Source of the DNA: Dehalococcoidia bacterium
Lineage (GTDB): Bacteria; Chloroflexota; Dehalococcoidia; Lucifugimonadales; VXLM01
Direction: 5' to 3'
DNA length: 64,000 nt
Assembly (NCBI GenBank): GCA_963662435.1
Contig: OY759598.1
Span: 2,512,507-2,576,506, forward strand
The translations under genes were made by a program, and so were the position numbers. Of this stretch, positions 9,138 through 19,214 are shown one piece after another. Below the pieces are notes generated by a model. That model was not told where the DNA came from, searched no databases, and was given only the letters and a program-made list of their open reading frames with translations. Each line of letters starts with the position of its first letter. The first letter of the stretch is position 1.

Positions 9138-10271
9138 ATGACAACCACGAGCAAAGACCCGGTCCTGGTCGTGCTGCAGTTGAGCGGCGGGAACGACTAC
9201 ATGAACACGGTCGTACCCTTTGCCGATCCCCACTACTTCGATAATCGTCCGCTCCTCCAGTTGGCCGAAGATGACCTGCTGAAGCTCGATGACGAGGTCG
9301 CCTTCAACCCTTCGATGGCGCCGCTGCATGAGATGTACTCGCGCGGCGATGTCGCCGTCCTGCACGGCGTGGGATGGGAAGGATCCAACCGGTCCCACTT
9401 CCGCTGCATGGACATCTGGCACACGGCGGAGCCGGACGAGTTCGCCTCCCAGGGGTGGCTCGGCAAGGCAACCCGCCAGATCGACCCAAACGGGGAGAAC
9501 CCCGTCACCACCGTAAACGTGGGGCAGGGTCTGCCGAGAGCGCTCGTTGCGGACGGCGTGTCCGCCGCCTCGGTGGCGAACATCGACACCTACGGAATGC
9601 TCACCTCCGTCGAGAGGGCGGAGCAACGTGCTCAGATGCTCGACCGCTTTGCCAAGATGTACGCGCCCGCCATAGGTCGCGGTCCAGTGGCCGAGTACAT
9701 CGCCAAGACCGGCATGGACGCCCTTAACGGCGCCGACCAGATCGCGGTCGCACCCAAGAAGTACCGGTCCGAAGTCGAGTACGCATCCAACACCGTCGCA
9801 CAAAGGCTGCGGGACGTTGCCATGATCCACATGGCCGACATAGGGTCGCGCATCCTCTATACCGAGTTTGGCGGATTCGATACGCATGCCGCACAGGGTG
9901 TTAACCATCCTCGCCTCTGGAGTGAGGTGTCGGGCGCCATCGCGGACTTCTGGGACGACTTGAAGGGTCACGACGCGGCGGACAACGTGACGATGCTGGT
10001 CTTCTCGGAATTCGGGCGTCGAGTCCGCGAGAACGGCGGCGGTACCGACCACGGGGCCGGAGGCGTGGCATTCGTCATCGGTCCGAACATAAATGGCGGT
10101 CAGTACGGCGAGTATCCGAGCATCGAGTCTGACAAGTTGGTCGAGGGCGATCTCGCGCCGGGCATGGACTTCCGCGGCCCGTACGCGGCGATCCTCGACG
10201 ACTGGATGGGCATCGACGACCGCGAGATCGTGGGCGGCGAGTTCGAACGCTCTCCGATCTTCAAGAACTAG
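9138..10271 (+). CDS. DUF1501 family protein (alkaline phosphatase/sulfatase-like motifs), no Tat signal
   Basis: LSGGND.MNTVVP, NRSHF, GGFDTH, FSEFGRR, GTDHG, DFR motifs. Confidence 0.9.
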   Translation: MTTTSKDPVLVVLQLSGGNDYMNTVVPFADPHYFDNRPLLQLAEDDLLKLDDEVAFNPSMAPLHEMYSRGDVAVLHGVGWEGSNRSHFRCMDIWHTAEPDEFASQGWLGKATRQIDPNGENPVTTVNVGQGLPRALVADGVSAASVANIDTYGMLTSVERAEQRAQMLDRFAKMYAPAIGRGPVAEYIAKTGMDALNGADQIAVAPKKYRSEVEYASNTVAQRLRDVAMIHMADIGSRILYTEFGGFDTHAAQGVNHPRLWSEVSGAIADFWDDLKGHDAADNVTMLVFSEFGRRVRENGGGTDHGAGGVAFVIGPNINGGQYGEYPSIESDKLVEGDLAPGMDFRGPYAAILDDWMGIDDREIVGGEFERSPIFKN

Positions 10272-10306
10272 CGCGTGGGCTACTCGCTCACTCGGAGGAT
10301 GCCGCG

Positions 10307-11371
10307 ATGATTACGACCACGGCTGCAGGCCGGACGTGGCACTACAGTCACAACCTGGGGCGTCAGACGGCAGAGCACAACCAGAGCAAGTTCGGCAGGA
10401 CGGGCGGCTACGGCTTCCCGGTGGACATCGCGGCGGCGGGCGACGACATTCTCTTCGTCATCAGTCGCGGGTACGGATTCCCTAACGTCTCGTACGACTT
10501 CGACGTGTTCACCCGGATCGGCAAGACGACGATCGACGAGGACCATATCGGCGACTTCGCCCGCGGCGGGTTCACCTGGCCGGTGGGGATCGCCGTGTCG
10601 AAGGCGGACGGCAGCGTCTTCGCCTCGGACGAGTACGAGTGCAACATTTCAGTCTTCGATCCGGACGCCATCCAGACGTTTTGCGAGCGCGACCCGGACG
10701 GCGAGTACTTCGATCGCTGGGGCACGAGGGGTTCCGATCCGGGAATGCTGAACGGGCCTGCCGGAATCGCGTTCGACGCCAACGACGACCTCTACGTCGT
10801 CGACAGCATGAACAACCGCGTCCAGGTGTTCACCAAGAAGGGCGACTTCCTCAAGGCTTGGGGCACTGCCGGCGACTGCGAGGGAGAGTTCGACCGGCCC
10901 TGGGGCATCACGATCGATCGCGAGGGAGCGGTCTTCGTCGCAGACTGGGGTAACCACCGCGTGCAGAAGTTCAGTCCTGACGGAGAACACCTCAGGACGT
11001 ACGGCTCGATGAACGGGTCGATGTCGTCGCTGAGTCACCCGGCCGGGGTTGCCGTTGACAGCGACGGAGACGTCTATGTCACCGACTGGGGCAACCGGCG
11101 GGTGCAGATCTTTGAGGCGGGAGGAGAGGTCCTCGCGGCGTTGTACGGAGACATGCGCGAGCTTTCCAAGGCAGGGGAGTACGCCCTCGCGCGCGACCCG
11201 GAGAGCATCAAGCGTCTCAACCAGTTCGACTCGCCGATAGAGTACCTCAACAAGTTCTCGAGGCCCGTCGGCATCGAGGTCGACGATCAGGACCGCGTCA
11301 TTGTGACGGACGCAATGGGGCGGCTGGTGGTGTATCGAAAGGACAGCGACTACCAGGAGCCGCCGCTCTAA
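10307..11371 (+). CDS. NHL-repeat beta-propeller protein, copy 1
   Basis: Repeated P.GIA.D...(L/V)YV.D..N.RVQ.F units. Confidence 0.9.
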   Translation: MITTTAAGRTWHYSHNLGRQTAEHNQSKFGRTGGYGFPVDIAAAGDDILFVISRGYGFPNVSYDFDVFTRIGKTTIDEDHIGDFARGGFTWPVGIAVSKADGSVFASDEYECNISVFDPDAIQTFCERDPDGEYFDRWGTRGSDPGMLNGPAGIAFDANDDLYVVDSMNNRVQVFTKKGDFLKAWGTAGDCEGEFDRPWGITIDREGAVFVADWGNHRVQKFSPDGEHLRTYGSMNGSMSSLSHPAGVAVDSDGDVYVTDWGNRRVQIFEAGGEVLAALYGDMRELSKAGEYALARDPESIKRLNQFDSPIEYLNKFSRPVGIEVDDQDRVIVTDAMGRLVVYRKDSDYQEPPL

Positions 11372-11406
11372 ATCTATCGAGTGTTCCGACCGGAGGTGAA
11401 ACATCG

Positions 11407-12474
11407 ATGAAAACGACCACGGCGGCGGGCCGTACGTGGCACTACAGCCACAACATGGGACGGCACACAGCCGAGCACAACCAGAGCAGGTTCGGCAGGA
11501 CGGGCGGCTACAGCTTCCCGGTCGATGTAGCAGCGGCCGGCGACGACGTTCTCTTCGTGATCAGTCGCGGTTGGGGCTATCAGGTGACCGTGTCATTCGG
11601 CTACGACATTTACCTTCGTGTCAGCAAGACCACGATTAATGAGGACCATATCGGCGACTTCGCCCGTGGCGCATTCACGTGGCCTGCCGGCATCGCCGTC
11701 TCGGGGACTGAAGGAAGCGTGTTCGTCTCCGACGAGCACGAATGCACGATATCGAGCTTCGATCCGGATGGCGTCGTCGTGTTTCCCGATCGAGAAGCAG
11801 AAGGTGAGCATATCGGCAGATGGGGGACGAAGGGCTCCGAGCCGGGAATGCTGAACGGGCCTACAGGAATCGCATTCGACGCGAATGATGATCTCTACGT
11901 CGTCGACAGCATGAACAATCGCGTCCAGGCATTCACCAGGAATGGCGACTTCCTCAAGGCGTGGGGCGCCTGCGGCGAATCCCATGGAGAGTTCAACCGG
12001 CCGTGGGGCATCACCATAGACAACGAGGGAGCCGTATATGTCGCGGACTGGGGCAACCACCGCGTTCAGAAGTTCAGCCCGGACGGGGAATACCTCATGA
12101 CGTTCGGCACGCTGAACGGGTCACCATCGTCGCTGAGTCACCCGTCGGGCGTGGCGGTGGACAGCGACGGAGACGTCTACGTCACCGACTGGGGGAACCG
12201 GCGTGTGCAGATCTACGAGCCCGACGGCGAGGTGCTCGCGGCCCTGTACGGAGACATGCGCGACCTGTCCAAGGCGGCCCAGTATGTCACCGCCCGCGAC
12301 CCCGATACCATCAAGCGACTGAACCGGGAAGATGCGCCGCACAAGTATCTCAGCAGGTTCTCCAGACCCGTCGGCATCGACATCGACGAGCACGACCGCA
12401 TATTCGTGACCGACGCGTTGAGCAGGATTGTGGTCTACAACAAGGACCGGGAGTATCAGGAACCGCCACTGTAG
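11407..12474 (+). CDS. NHL-repeat beta-propeller protein, copy 2
   Basis: Full-length paralog of 10307..11371 with the same NHL motifs. Confidence 0.9.
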   Translation: MKTTTAAGRTWHYSHNMGRHTAEHNQSRFGRTGGYSFPVDVAAAGDDVLFVISRGWGYQVTVSFGYDIYLRVSKTTINEDHIGDFARGAFTWPAGIAVSGTEGSVFVSDEHECTISSFDPDGVVVFPDREAEGEHIGRWGTKGSEPGMLNGPTGIAFDANDDLYVVDSMNNRVQAFTRNGDFLKAWGACGESHGEFNRPWGITIDNEGAVYVADWGNHRVQKFSPDGEYLMTFGTLNGSPSSLSHPSGVAVDSDGDVYVTDWGNRRVQIYEPDGEVLAALYGDMRDLSKAAQYVTARDPDTIKRLNREDAPHKYLSRFSRPVGIDIDEHDRIFVTDALSRIVVYNKDREYQEPPL

Positions 12475-12524
12475 GTAGTCGGGAACATATCAAACCTGCC
12501 ATGTGGATATGCAGCTACCAATTA

Positions 12525-12560
12525 CCCTCACCCTAGCCCTCTCCCAGGACGGGAGAGGGG
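12525..12560. repeat. REP-like palindrome CCCTCACCCTAGCCCTCTCCC...GGGAGAGGG
   Basis: ccctctccc aggac gggagaggg hairpin in the intergenic gap. Confidence 0.65.
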
Positions 12561-12609
12561 ATTTTCTGTTCGAACGGGTGGGCCTCACGCTCTCCCGGAG
12601 GAGGTCGCG

Positions 12610-13677
12610 ATGATCACGACCACGGCAGCGGGCCGAACGTGGCACTACAGCCATAACCTGGGGCGTCAGACGGCAGAGCACAACCAGAGCAAGTTCGGCA
12701 GGACGGGCGGCTACTGCTATCCGATGGATGTCGCGGCGGCGGGCGACGACATTCTCTTCGTCATCAGTCGAGGCTGGGGCTACCCGAAGCTGGAAATACG
12801 CAACTATGACGCTTACCTTCGCATCAGCAAGACGACGATTGACGAGGACCATATTGGGGACTTCGCTCGCGGCGGATTCACCTGGCCGGTCGGGATCGCA
12901 ATCGCCAAGACCGACGGAAGCGTATTCGTCTCCGACGAGTACGAATGCGCGATTTCGTCATTCGATCCGGACGGTATCATGACGTTCCCCACGCAAGACC
13001 CGGATGGGGAGTACCTGGACCGTTGGGGCACGAAGGGCTCCGAGCCGGGAATGCTGAACGGCCCCGCCGGGATCGCCTTCGACTCGAATGACGACCTCTA
13101 CGTAGTAGACAGCCTGAATAACCGCGTCCAGGTGTTCTCCAAGACAGGAGACTTTCTCAGGGCGTGGGGTTCACTCGGAAACTCTCAGGGAGAGTTCAGC
13201 CGGCCGTGGGGCATCGCGATTGATTGCGAGGGGGCCGTGTATGTCGCGGACTGGGGCAACGACCGCGTTCAGAAGTTTGGCCCTGACGGGGAATACCTCA
13301 TGACGTTCGGCTCGCTGGACGGATCGCCGTCGTCGCTGAGTAATCCCTCAGGCGTGGCGGTCGACAGCGACGGCGACGTCTACGTCACCGACTGGGGGAA
13401 CCGGCGGGTGCAGATCTACGAGCCGAACGGGGAGGTGCTCGCGGCGCTGTACGGAGACATGCGCGAGCTCTCCAAGGCGGGGCAGTACGCGCTGGACCGA
13501 GACCCGGAGAGCATCAAACGGCTCAACCAAAACGACGCGCCGACGGGCTACCTCAACAGGTTCGCGAGGCCCGTCGGCATCGACATCGACGACCAGAACC
13601 GCATCTTCGTGACCGACGCGCTCAGCAGGCTCGTGGTGTACCGGAAGGACCGTGAGTACCAGGAGCCGCCGCTGTAG
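12610..13677 (+). CDS. NHL-repeat beta-propeller protein, copy 3
   Basis: Full-length paralog; first 35 aa identical to copy 1. Confidence 0.9.
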   Translation: MITTTAAGRTWHYSHNLGRQTAEHNQSKFGRTGGYCYPMDVAAAGDDILFVISRGWGYPKLEIRNYDAYLRISKTTIDEDHIGDFARGGFTWPVGIAIAKTDGSVFVSDEYECAISSFDPDGIMTFPTQDPDGEYLDRWGTKGSEPGMLNGPAGIAFDSNDDLYVVDSLNNRVQVFSKTGDFLRAWGSLGNSQGEFSRPWGIAIDCEGAVYVADWGNDRVQKFGPDGEYLMTFGSLDGSPSSLSNPSGVAVDSDGDVYVTDWGNRRVQIYEPNGEVLAALYGDMRELSKAGQYALDRDPESIKRLNQNDAPTGYLNRFARPVGIDIDDQNRIFVTDALSRLVVYRKDREYQEPPL

Positions 13678-13697
13678 GTACGGCTCCCCATCTCTGT

Positions 13698-13802
13698 ATC
13701 TCTCCCCCGGCGGGGGAGAGATTGTAGATTCTTCGTCGCTGTGCTCCTCAGAATGACAGCGAGAGAACAATTCGTGCAATCTCACCAACTCTGAACAGTT
13801 GC
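13698..13802. repeat. hairpin plus REP-like GAATGAC arm plus conserved CTGAACAGTT terminus
   Basis: atctctccccc-ggc-gggggagagat; agattcttcgtcgct...cagaatgac; ctcaccaactctgaacagttgc. Confidence 0.6.
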
Positions 13803-13806
13803 GGTA

Positions 13807-16053
13807 TTAGCTGTCCGCGATCTTGACCGAACCTCCCAGCGTCCAGCCCTGCACGGGCCTGAATCGGTCGTCCCCGAATACGGCGCTAGGGCTGTCGGAA
13901 AATCCCACACCGGCCGTCGCTCCCCGGCAACCCTCGTCGCTGCTGACCGAGTATGTGATCTCCACAATCGCGCCTTCGGGCACCGTGGCACTCAGACTGT
14001 AGACGGCAATATCGATTTCTCCGTCGGTATCGCCCGGGTCGTACAGTGCCTGTGTTATGAACGACGAAGGCACCTTAAACGCTATCCCGGTTGACGCATC
14101 GAATCCCAGACACGTCTGGTCAAAGTCGATCGAAAACGTCAGCGCAGCTATGCGATTGTCGTCGGCGTCGAAGGAGATGGGGACGGTCACGGTCTTCCCG
14201 GGCATGCCGGCTATCTCTCCAGGAATGGTGAGCGACGGCCCTTCCAAGACCGGCATCTGTGTGGACGTAGGGACCACAGTGGGAGTTGGTGTGTCTGTGG
14301 AGGTGGCGGTTGCCGTGGGCGTGAACGTGGGTGTTGGAGTAGGAGTCAACGTGGCCGTATGAGTTGGTGTGGGAGTGAAGGTAGGAGTGGGTGTAGCCGT
14401 GTGAGTAGGAGTCGCGGTAGCTGTGGTCGTGAAGGTCGGGGTAGCAGTAGCCGTGAACGTGGGGGTTGGAGTAGCCGTGGGTACTGAGATCGTGATTGAT
14501 CCGCCCTGCGTGGTGCCTGTCACCTCCTCCCCGCCGGTGTCGAAGTAGGTAGCAGGAGTGTTGGTCCAGAAATCCACTGCGAAAGTCATTCCCCAGCATG
14601 AAGGACCGCTTTCGACACTCAACTCGATGCTTACGATTTGGCCATCGGGCATAGCCGCGAGCGGATACACGAGGTCGGCAAGAACAATATCGATATCCCT
14701 GTCCGAGTCCTCAGGAGCTTCAGCCACAAGCGATCTTTGGAACGCTGCAGGAAGGAACACGCTGGCGGAGTCCGGGAGTCCGTCCGAGTTGTCATCAGTG
14801 GGATCGAAACTCAGGCACGACCGATCGTATTGCAGCGAGAATGACACTCCGGAGATATCTCCCCCGTCGGAGTCGAAGGTTATTGGCAATGCGACCTTCT
14901 GACCCGGTGTTGCCGAAAGCCCATCGGGGATGCTGAGGGACGGCTTGGCCGGGACAGCCGTTGCCGTCGGGGTAGACGTTGGCGTGTATGTCGGCGCGGC
15001 GGCCGCAATAGACACCGTACCGTCATCCGTTTTGCAGTCCAGGCGTTGTCCTTCATCGTTTGAAAACCCAGCCTGGGGTTCAGACGCGAATCCTACACCG
15101 GCCTCCGAGCCCGAGCATGAAGCCGCCTCATTGACGTTGAGAGAGACCTCAACAATGACTCCCTCCGGTATCGCCTCGAATGGCTGAGCGGTGTCAACGA
15201 GGGTAAAATCGATCTCACCGTCGGTATCCTCCACGTCGTGAATGACCCTCGTCACGCCAAATATCGCGGGAAGCATGAGATTTACCGAGTCCGCGAGCCC
15301 GTCCTCGTTGCCGTCCGTTGAATCGAAACTCAGGCACGATGCGTCGTAGTCCACCGAGAACGTGATGCTCGACACGTTCGCGCCGTCCGAATCGAACGTG
15401 ATGGGAATGGCCACAGGTCCTTCGGAAGTCGCCGGTATCCCCTTGGGGATACTGAGCGATGGCTGTACCGGAAGGGGCGTAGCCGTTGGAGTGGGAGTCC
15501 GGGTCGGTAGGATGGTTGGGGTTGGGGTTAGGGTGGACGTCGGTGTGCTGGTGGGTCTTGGCGTGGGGCGCGGTCTAGGGGTCGATGTAGGCTTCGGGGT
15601 CTTGGTGGGGATCGATGTCCGGGTAGGCTTTCTCGTAGGCGTTGAAGTTACGGTGACCTTTGGGCCTGTCGGCAGGTAGAAGAAGGGAGTTGGAGTGTTC
15701 GTAGGTATCGGCGTCCGGTCTGGCTTCCCCGTTGGTGTAGGTGTGGGGGTTATCTTAGAGTCCGGCCAAAGGTCATCCACGGGCAGCTGCCCTATGTGTG
15801 GAGACGGCGTTGGAGTAAGTCCGAAGTTTCCGGAAGGTATGGATACGGACGTTGCTAGCGGATTTGCGACGACCTCTGGCATGGAGACCAGCAAGCTGCC
15901 ATACTGCGCCGCAGGACCCAACGTCGGAGTCGTTCCGTCAGCCGTTCCGGGTCCCGATGAGGAAGAGTGTGAAAGGGCAATTGAGCCGGACGCGTAAACT
16001 GAAGCTACTATGGCTGCGCAAGCGATCGCGCGCCAATTGGCCGACCGTCTCAT
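13807..16053 (-). CDS. secreted protein with three cohesin-like domains and Thr/Pro-rich linkers
   Basis: Signal-like N-terminus; three PSL(S/T)IP...PI(T/S)FD.D....FS..(Y/F)D..CL.FD domains ending G(T/S)(V/I).I; PT repeats between them. Confidence 0.78.
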   Translation of the reverse strand: MRRSANWRAIACAAIVASVYASGSIALSHSSSSGPGTADGTTPTLGPAAQYGSLLVSMPEVVANPLATSVSIPSGNFGLTPTPSPHIGQLPVDDLWPDSKITPTPTPTGKPDRTPIPTNTPTPFFYLPTGPKVTVTSTPTRKPTRTSIPTKTPKPTSTPRPRPTPRPTSTPTSTLTPTPTILPTRTPTPTATPLPVQPSLSIPKGIPATSEGPVAIPITFDSDGANVSSITFSVDYDASCLSFDSTDGNEDGLADSVNLMLPAIFGVTRVIHDVEDTDGEIDFTLVDTAQPFEAIPEGVIVEVSLNVNEAASCSGSEAGVGFASEPQAGFSNDEGQRLDCKTDDGTVSIAAAAPTYTPTSTPTATAVPAKPSLSIPDGLSATPGQKVALPITFDSDGGDISGVSFSLQYDRSCLSFDPTDDNSDGLPDSASVFLPAAFQRSLVAEAPEDSDRDIDIVLADLVYPLAAMPDGQIVSIELSVESGPSCWGMTFAVDFWTNTPATYFDTGGEEVTGTTQGGSITISVPTATPTPTFTATATPTFTTTATATPTHTATPTPTFTPTPTHTATLTPTPTPTFTPTATATSTDTPTPTVVPTSTQMPVLEGPSLTIPGEIAGMPGKTVTVPISFDADDNRIAALTFSIDFDQTCLGFDASTGIAFKVPSSFITQALYDPGDTDGEIDIAVYSLSATVPEGAIVEITYSVSSDEGCRGATAGVGFSDSPSAVFGDDRFRPVQGWTLGGSVKIADS

Positions 16054-16312
16054 CCGCGTTGAGTCTCCCGACGACAGTCAGAGTGTGAGTGACATCGCGG
16101 GTGATGAATATATCAGTTAAGTGAAGTGAAATCCATAGAACTAATGAATTAGTATGAATAATTAGTGAATGTAGCCTCAAGTGGTGAATGCCCACCAGCA
16201 CAGACCCATTGCTGCATGGTCGCCGTTCTCCTCGACTGGGACCCGAATCCGTTGAAGACGGAGTGCGATTCTCATTACAATGTCCGTGCCGGACTACCTG
16301 AACGTGAGTGCC

Positions 16313-16750
16313 ATGAAAATCCTCATCGTCAACGGCCCGAATCTGAATAGGCTTGGGATGCGCGATCCCTCCCAGTATGGGAGCGACACGCTTGCCGACA
16401 TCGAGACTCGCATCAGCGAGCGCGCAGAGTCCCACGGCGTCGAGGTCGATTTCTTCCAATCGAACCACGAGGGCGAAATCGTCGACTTCCTGCAGGGCGC
16501 CGCGTCCGATGCGGCGGGCCTCGTGATTAACGCCGGAGCCCTTACGCACTACGGCATCTCCCTGCGCGACGCCATCGCGGACACCGGGCTCCCGTTCGTT
16601 GAGGTGCACCTGTCCAATATCCATGCACGGGAGGAATTCCGGCATCACTCGGTCATGGTGTCCCTGGCGAAGGGCCAGATTGCAGGCTTGGGATGGCGTG
16701 GATACCTCTATGCCCTGGACTACCTGGTCGAGACTGTCGAACGGAAGTAG
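16313..16750 (+). CDS. aroQ: type II 3-dehydroquinate dehydratase
   Basis: NGPNLNRLG.R, FQSNHEGE, INAGALTH, EVHLSNIHAREEFRH. Confidence 0.96.
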   Translation: MKILIVNGPNLNRLGMRDPSQYGSDTLADIETRISERAESHGVEVDFFQSNHEGEIVDFLQGAASDAAGLVINAGALTHYGISLRDAIADTGLPFVEVHLSNIHAREEFRHHSVMVSLAKGQIAGLGWRGYLYALDYLVETVERK

Positions 16751-16759
16751 GAGAACTGA

Positions 16760-17323
16760 ATGACGCTGAACTACGGCGAGTTGAAGAAGGGAATGCCAAT
16801 CGCCCTGGACGGTGAGCCTTATGCCGTCGTCGATTATGAACGGACGAAGATGCAGCAGCGCGCTCCCGTAATGCGGATCAGGTTTCGCTCCCTTCGAACA
16901 GGCCGCATTGTGGACCGTACCTTCAACGGCTTTGACGTGAAGTTCACCGTTGCCGACGTGGAGCGGCGCAAGGCGGAGTACATCTACCAGGACGGCGAAC
17001 TCTATTACTTCATGGACAACGAGACCTACGAGCAATTCCCCCTGAACGGTGAACAGATCTCGGACTCCCTTCCGTACCTGATCGAGCAGACCACCGTCGA
17101 TCTCGTGCTCTTCCAAGACGTGCCGATCAGCATCGAGATACCGCTCAACGTTGATCTTGAGGTGGTCGATACGGACCCGGGCTTCAAGGGAGACACGGCC
17201 ACCGGCGGCAACAAGCCCGCCACGGTGCAGACGGGCCTCATCGTCCAGGTGCCGCTCTTCATCGACGTTGGAGAGACGATCAGGGTCGACACCCGCACGG
17301 GCGAATACGCGGGGCGTGTATAG
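16760..17323 (+). CDS. efp: translation elongation factor P
   Basis: YFMDNETYEQ, PGFKGDTATGG.KPA...TG..VQVPLFI, VDTRTGEY..R. Confidence 0.96.
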   Translation: MTLNYGELKKGMPIALDGEPYAVVDYERTKMQQRAPVMRIRFRSLRTGRIVDRTFNGFDVKFTVADVERRKAEYIYQDGELYYFMDNETYEQFPLNGEQISDSLPYLIEQTTVDLVLFQDVPISIEIPLNVDLEVVDTDPGFKGDTATGGNKPATVQTGLIVQVPLFIDVGETIRVDTRTGEYAGRV

Positions 17324-17462
17324 CCTCGCCCAACAGAGTGGCTGATCTACCGAGGCTTGCGGAAGACCCTTCGTTGTGAGCCTGTCGCTCCATGAACGGA
17401 CCTTAGATAAGCCCAAGTCAAGCCGACCGGACCGGCCGGGACACATCACCGAAGGCGAGAGC

Positions 17463-18725
17463 ATGGCCGTCTACTCAGTATCAGAGGTGGCGAGGTACCT
17501 CACGGAGATTCTCCGGGAAGACCCTGTGCTACAGAACGTGTGGGTGCAGGGCGAGGTTGGGAATCTGACACGCTCAGCGGCGGGACACTCCTACTTCAGC
17601 CTGCGCGATGGGAGCGCTACGCTCCGATGCGTGATGTTCCGTGGAGGAGGCGTGGGAGCCGACCTTATCGAGGAGGGCGGCGCCGTTATCGCCCACGGTC
17701 GCATTGCGCTCTACGAGCCACGCGGCGACCTTCAGTTGATCGCCGACATCGTGCAGCCCGAGGGCGTGGGCGAACTGCAGCTGAAGCTGGAAGAGTTGAA
17801 GCTGCGTCTCGAGAAGGAGGGACTGTTCGAGCCGTCGCGGAAGCGGCAGCTTCCCCGATTCCCCGTGCGAGTGGGGGTCGTCACGTCGCCGACCGGCTCG
17901 GTCTGGCACGACATACAGAACGTGACAACCCGCCGGTATCCCGCGGTCGAGTTGGTTCTCGCACCGGCATTGGTCCAGGGCCAGGAGGCGGTCGGCACGA
18001 TCGTCGCGGCGTTCGACGCACTGGAGCGCCTCGATGACATCGACGTGGTCATCGTCGCTCGTGGGGGTGGTTCCCTAGAGGACCTTTGGCCGTTCAACGA
18101 GGAGGACGTCGCGCGGGCTATCTTCAAGAGCAGGACGCCGGTCGTCAGCGCCATCGGCCATGAGACCGACTACTCCATCGCCGATCTGGTTGCAGACGTT
18201 CGCGCGCCGACGCCATCGGCCGCGGCGGAGCTCGTCATGCCCGATCAGGCGGAGCTGATCGCCGAGATCGGAATGCACCGCAGGTCGCTGAGTTCCATCA
18301 TCATGGGCCGCCTTGAAGGGGCACGTTGGGAATTGGACACGCTCCGTCCACGCCTCCAGCGAGGCCTGCCGGACTTTGACACGCTCCGGCTTCGGATCGA
18401 CGACATGATGCGGACGACGGCAGGACATCTGCGCGGGAAAATGCAGGTCGCGGGCGAGCGTGTGAACGGACTTAAGGGTAAGCTGGAATCTCTGAGTCCA
18501 AGTGATACGTTGTCGCGGGGTTACGCCATCGTCCATAGCGGAAACAAGATTGTCACTTCGCCTTCTGAGGTGGGGGACGGTGACCTCATCGGAGTGACGG
18601 TGGCAGACGGCGACTTCAAAGCGAAGGTGACCGGGAACACACCCCGTCCGGCCACACGACGCCGGACGAAATCGAGGAAGGCGCCCGCAGGCGGACAGGC
18701 GAGCATGGACCTCTTCAATGACTAA
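17463..18725 (+). CDS. xseA: exodeoxyribonuclease VII large subunit
   Basis: VWVQGEV.N, GH.YFSL, ARGGGSLEDLWPFN, SAIGHETD, APTPSAAAE. Confidence 0.96.
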   Translation: MAVYSVSEVARYLTEILREDPVLQNVWVQGEVGNLTRSAAGHSYFSLRDGSATLRCVMFRGGGVGADLIEEGGAVIAHGRIALYEPRGDLQLIADIVQPEGVGELQLKLEELKLRLEKEGLFEPSRKRQLPRFPVRVGVVTSPTGSVWHDIQNVTTRRYPAVELVLAPALVQGQEAVGTIVAAFDALERLDDIDVVIVARGGGSLEDLWPFNEEDVARAIFKSRTPVVSAIGHETDYSIADLVADVRAPTPSAAAELVMPDQAELIAEIGMHRRSLSSIIMGRLEGARWELDTLRPRLQRGLPDFDTLRLRIDDMMRTTAGHLRGKMQVAGERVNGLKGKLESLSPSDTLSRGYAIVHSGNKIVTSPSEVGDGDLIGVTVADGDFKAKVTGNTPRPATRRRTKSRKAPAGGQASMDLFND

Positions 18726-18746
18726 CCAGATAGGCGGTCAAAGCAA

Positions 18747-19004
18747 ATGCAGGATACGAACAAGGCCGAAGACGAATTCAAAGACCTAACATTTGAGCAG
18801 GCGTTGGAGCAACTCGAAGGGACTGTCCGGGCCATGGAGGCGGGCGAGCTTTCCCTGAAGGAAACGACCGCGCTCTTCGAACGCGGGATGCTGCTTGCCA
18901 ACTTCTGCGGCGACCTCCTGTCGAAGGCGGAACTGAAGATTACCCAGATCCAGACGGCCTACGGAGAATCACAGCCCGGCCCCGCCGAACCTGATCCGTT
19001 TTAG
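18747..19004 (+). CDS. xseB: exodeoxyribonuclease VII small subunit
   Basis: FEQALEQLE..V..ME.GELSL....LFERG..L...C...L..AE; follows xseA. Confidence 0.93.
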   Translation: MQDTNKAEDEFKDLTFEQALEQLEGTVRAMEAGELSLKETTALFERGMLLANFCGDLLSKAELKITQIQTAYGESQPGPAEPDPF

Positions 19005-19214
19005 AAGACCTTTGCACAACACCCGCCGTTCCCGCGTAGGCGGGAAACCATGTCCGCCGCTCAAGCTGAGAGATGCCCATCAACTGACACTCTCTCAACG
19101 GGAGAGCAATTACGAAGAGGTCTCCCCTGGCAGGAAGCAGTATCTCCATTTCGGTGTTCTCGGAATCGGCAAGCATCACTCCACAGTCTTTTGCAATGGG
19201 TCGGAGTCAGCTAC

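Noticed and set aside
7654..10052. Long antisense ORFs over DUF1800/DUF1501 (similar shadows over gatB, tig, clpX, purA, dnaX, addA)
   Set aside because: Mirror frames expected in GC-rich coding DNA; no recognisable motifs.
10307..13677. Diversity-generating retroelement acting on the NHL genes
   Set aside because: No reverse transcriptase in the window; differences include indels and are not adenine-specific.
14270..14490. Tandem DNA repeats in the cohesin gene
   Set aside because: Explained by Thr/Pro linker coding with varied synonymous codons.
16100..16175. AT-rich tract with small palindrome ACTAAT-ga-ATTAGT
   Set aside because: Likely the divergent promoter region, but no specific promoter or operator could be assigned with confidence.
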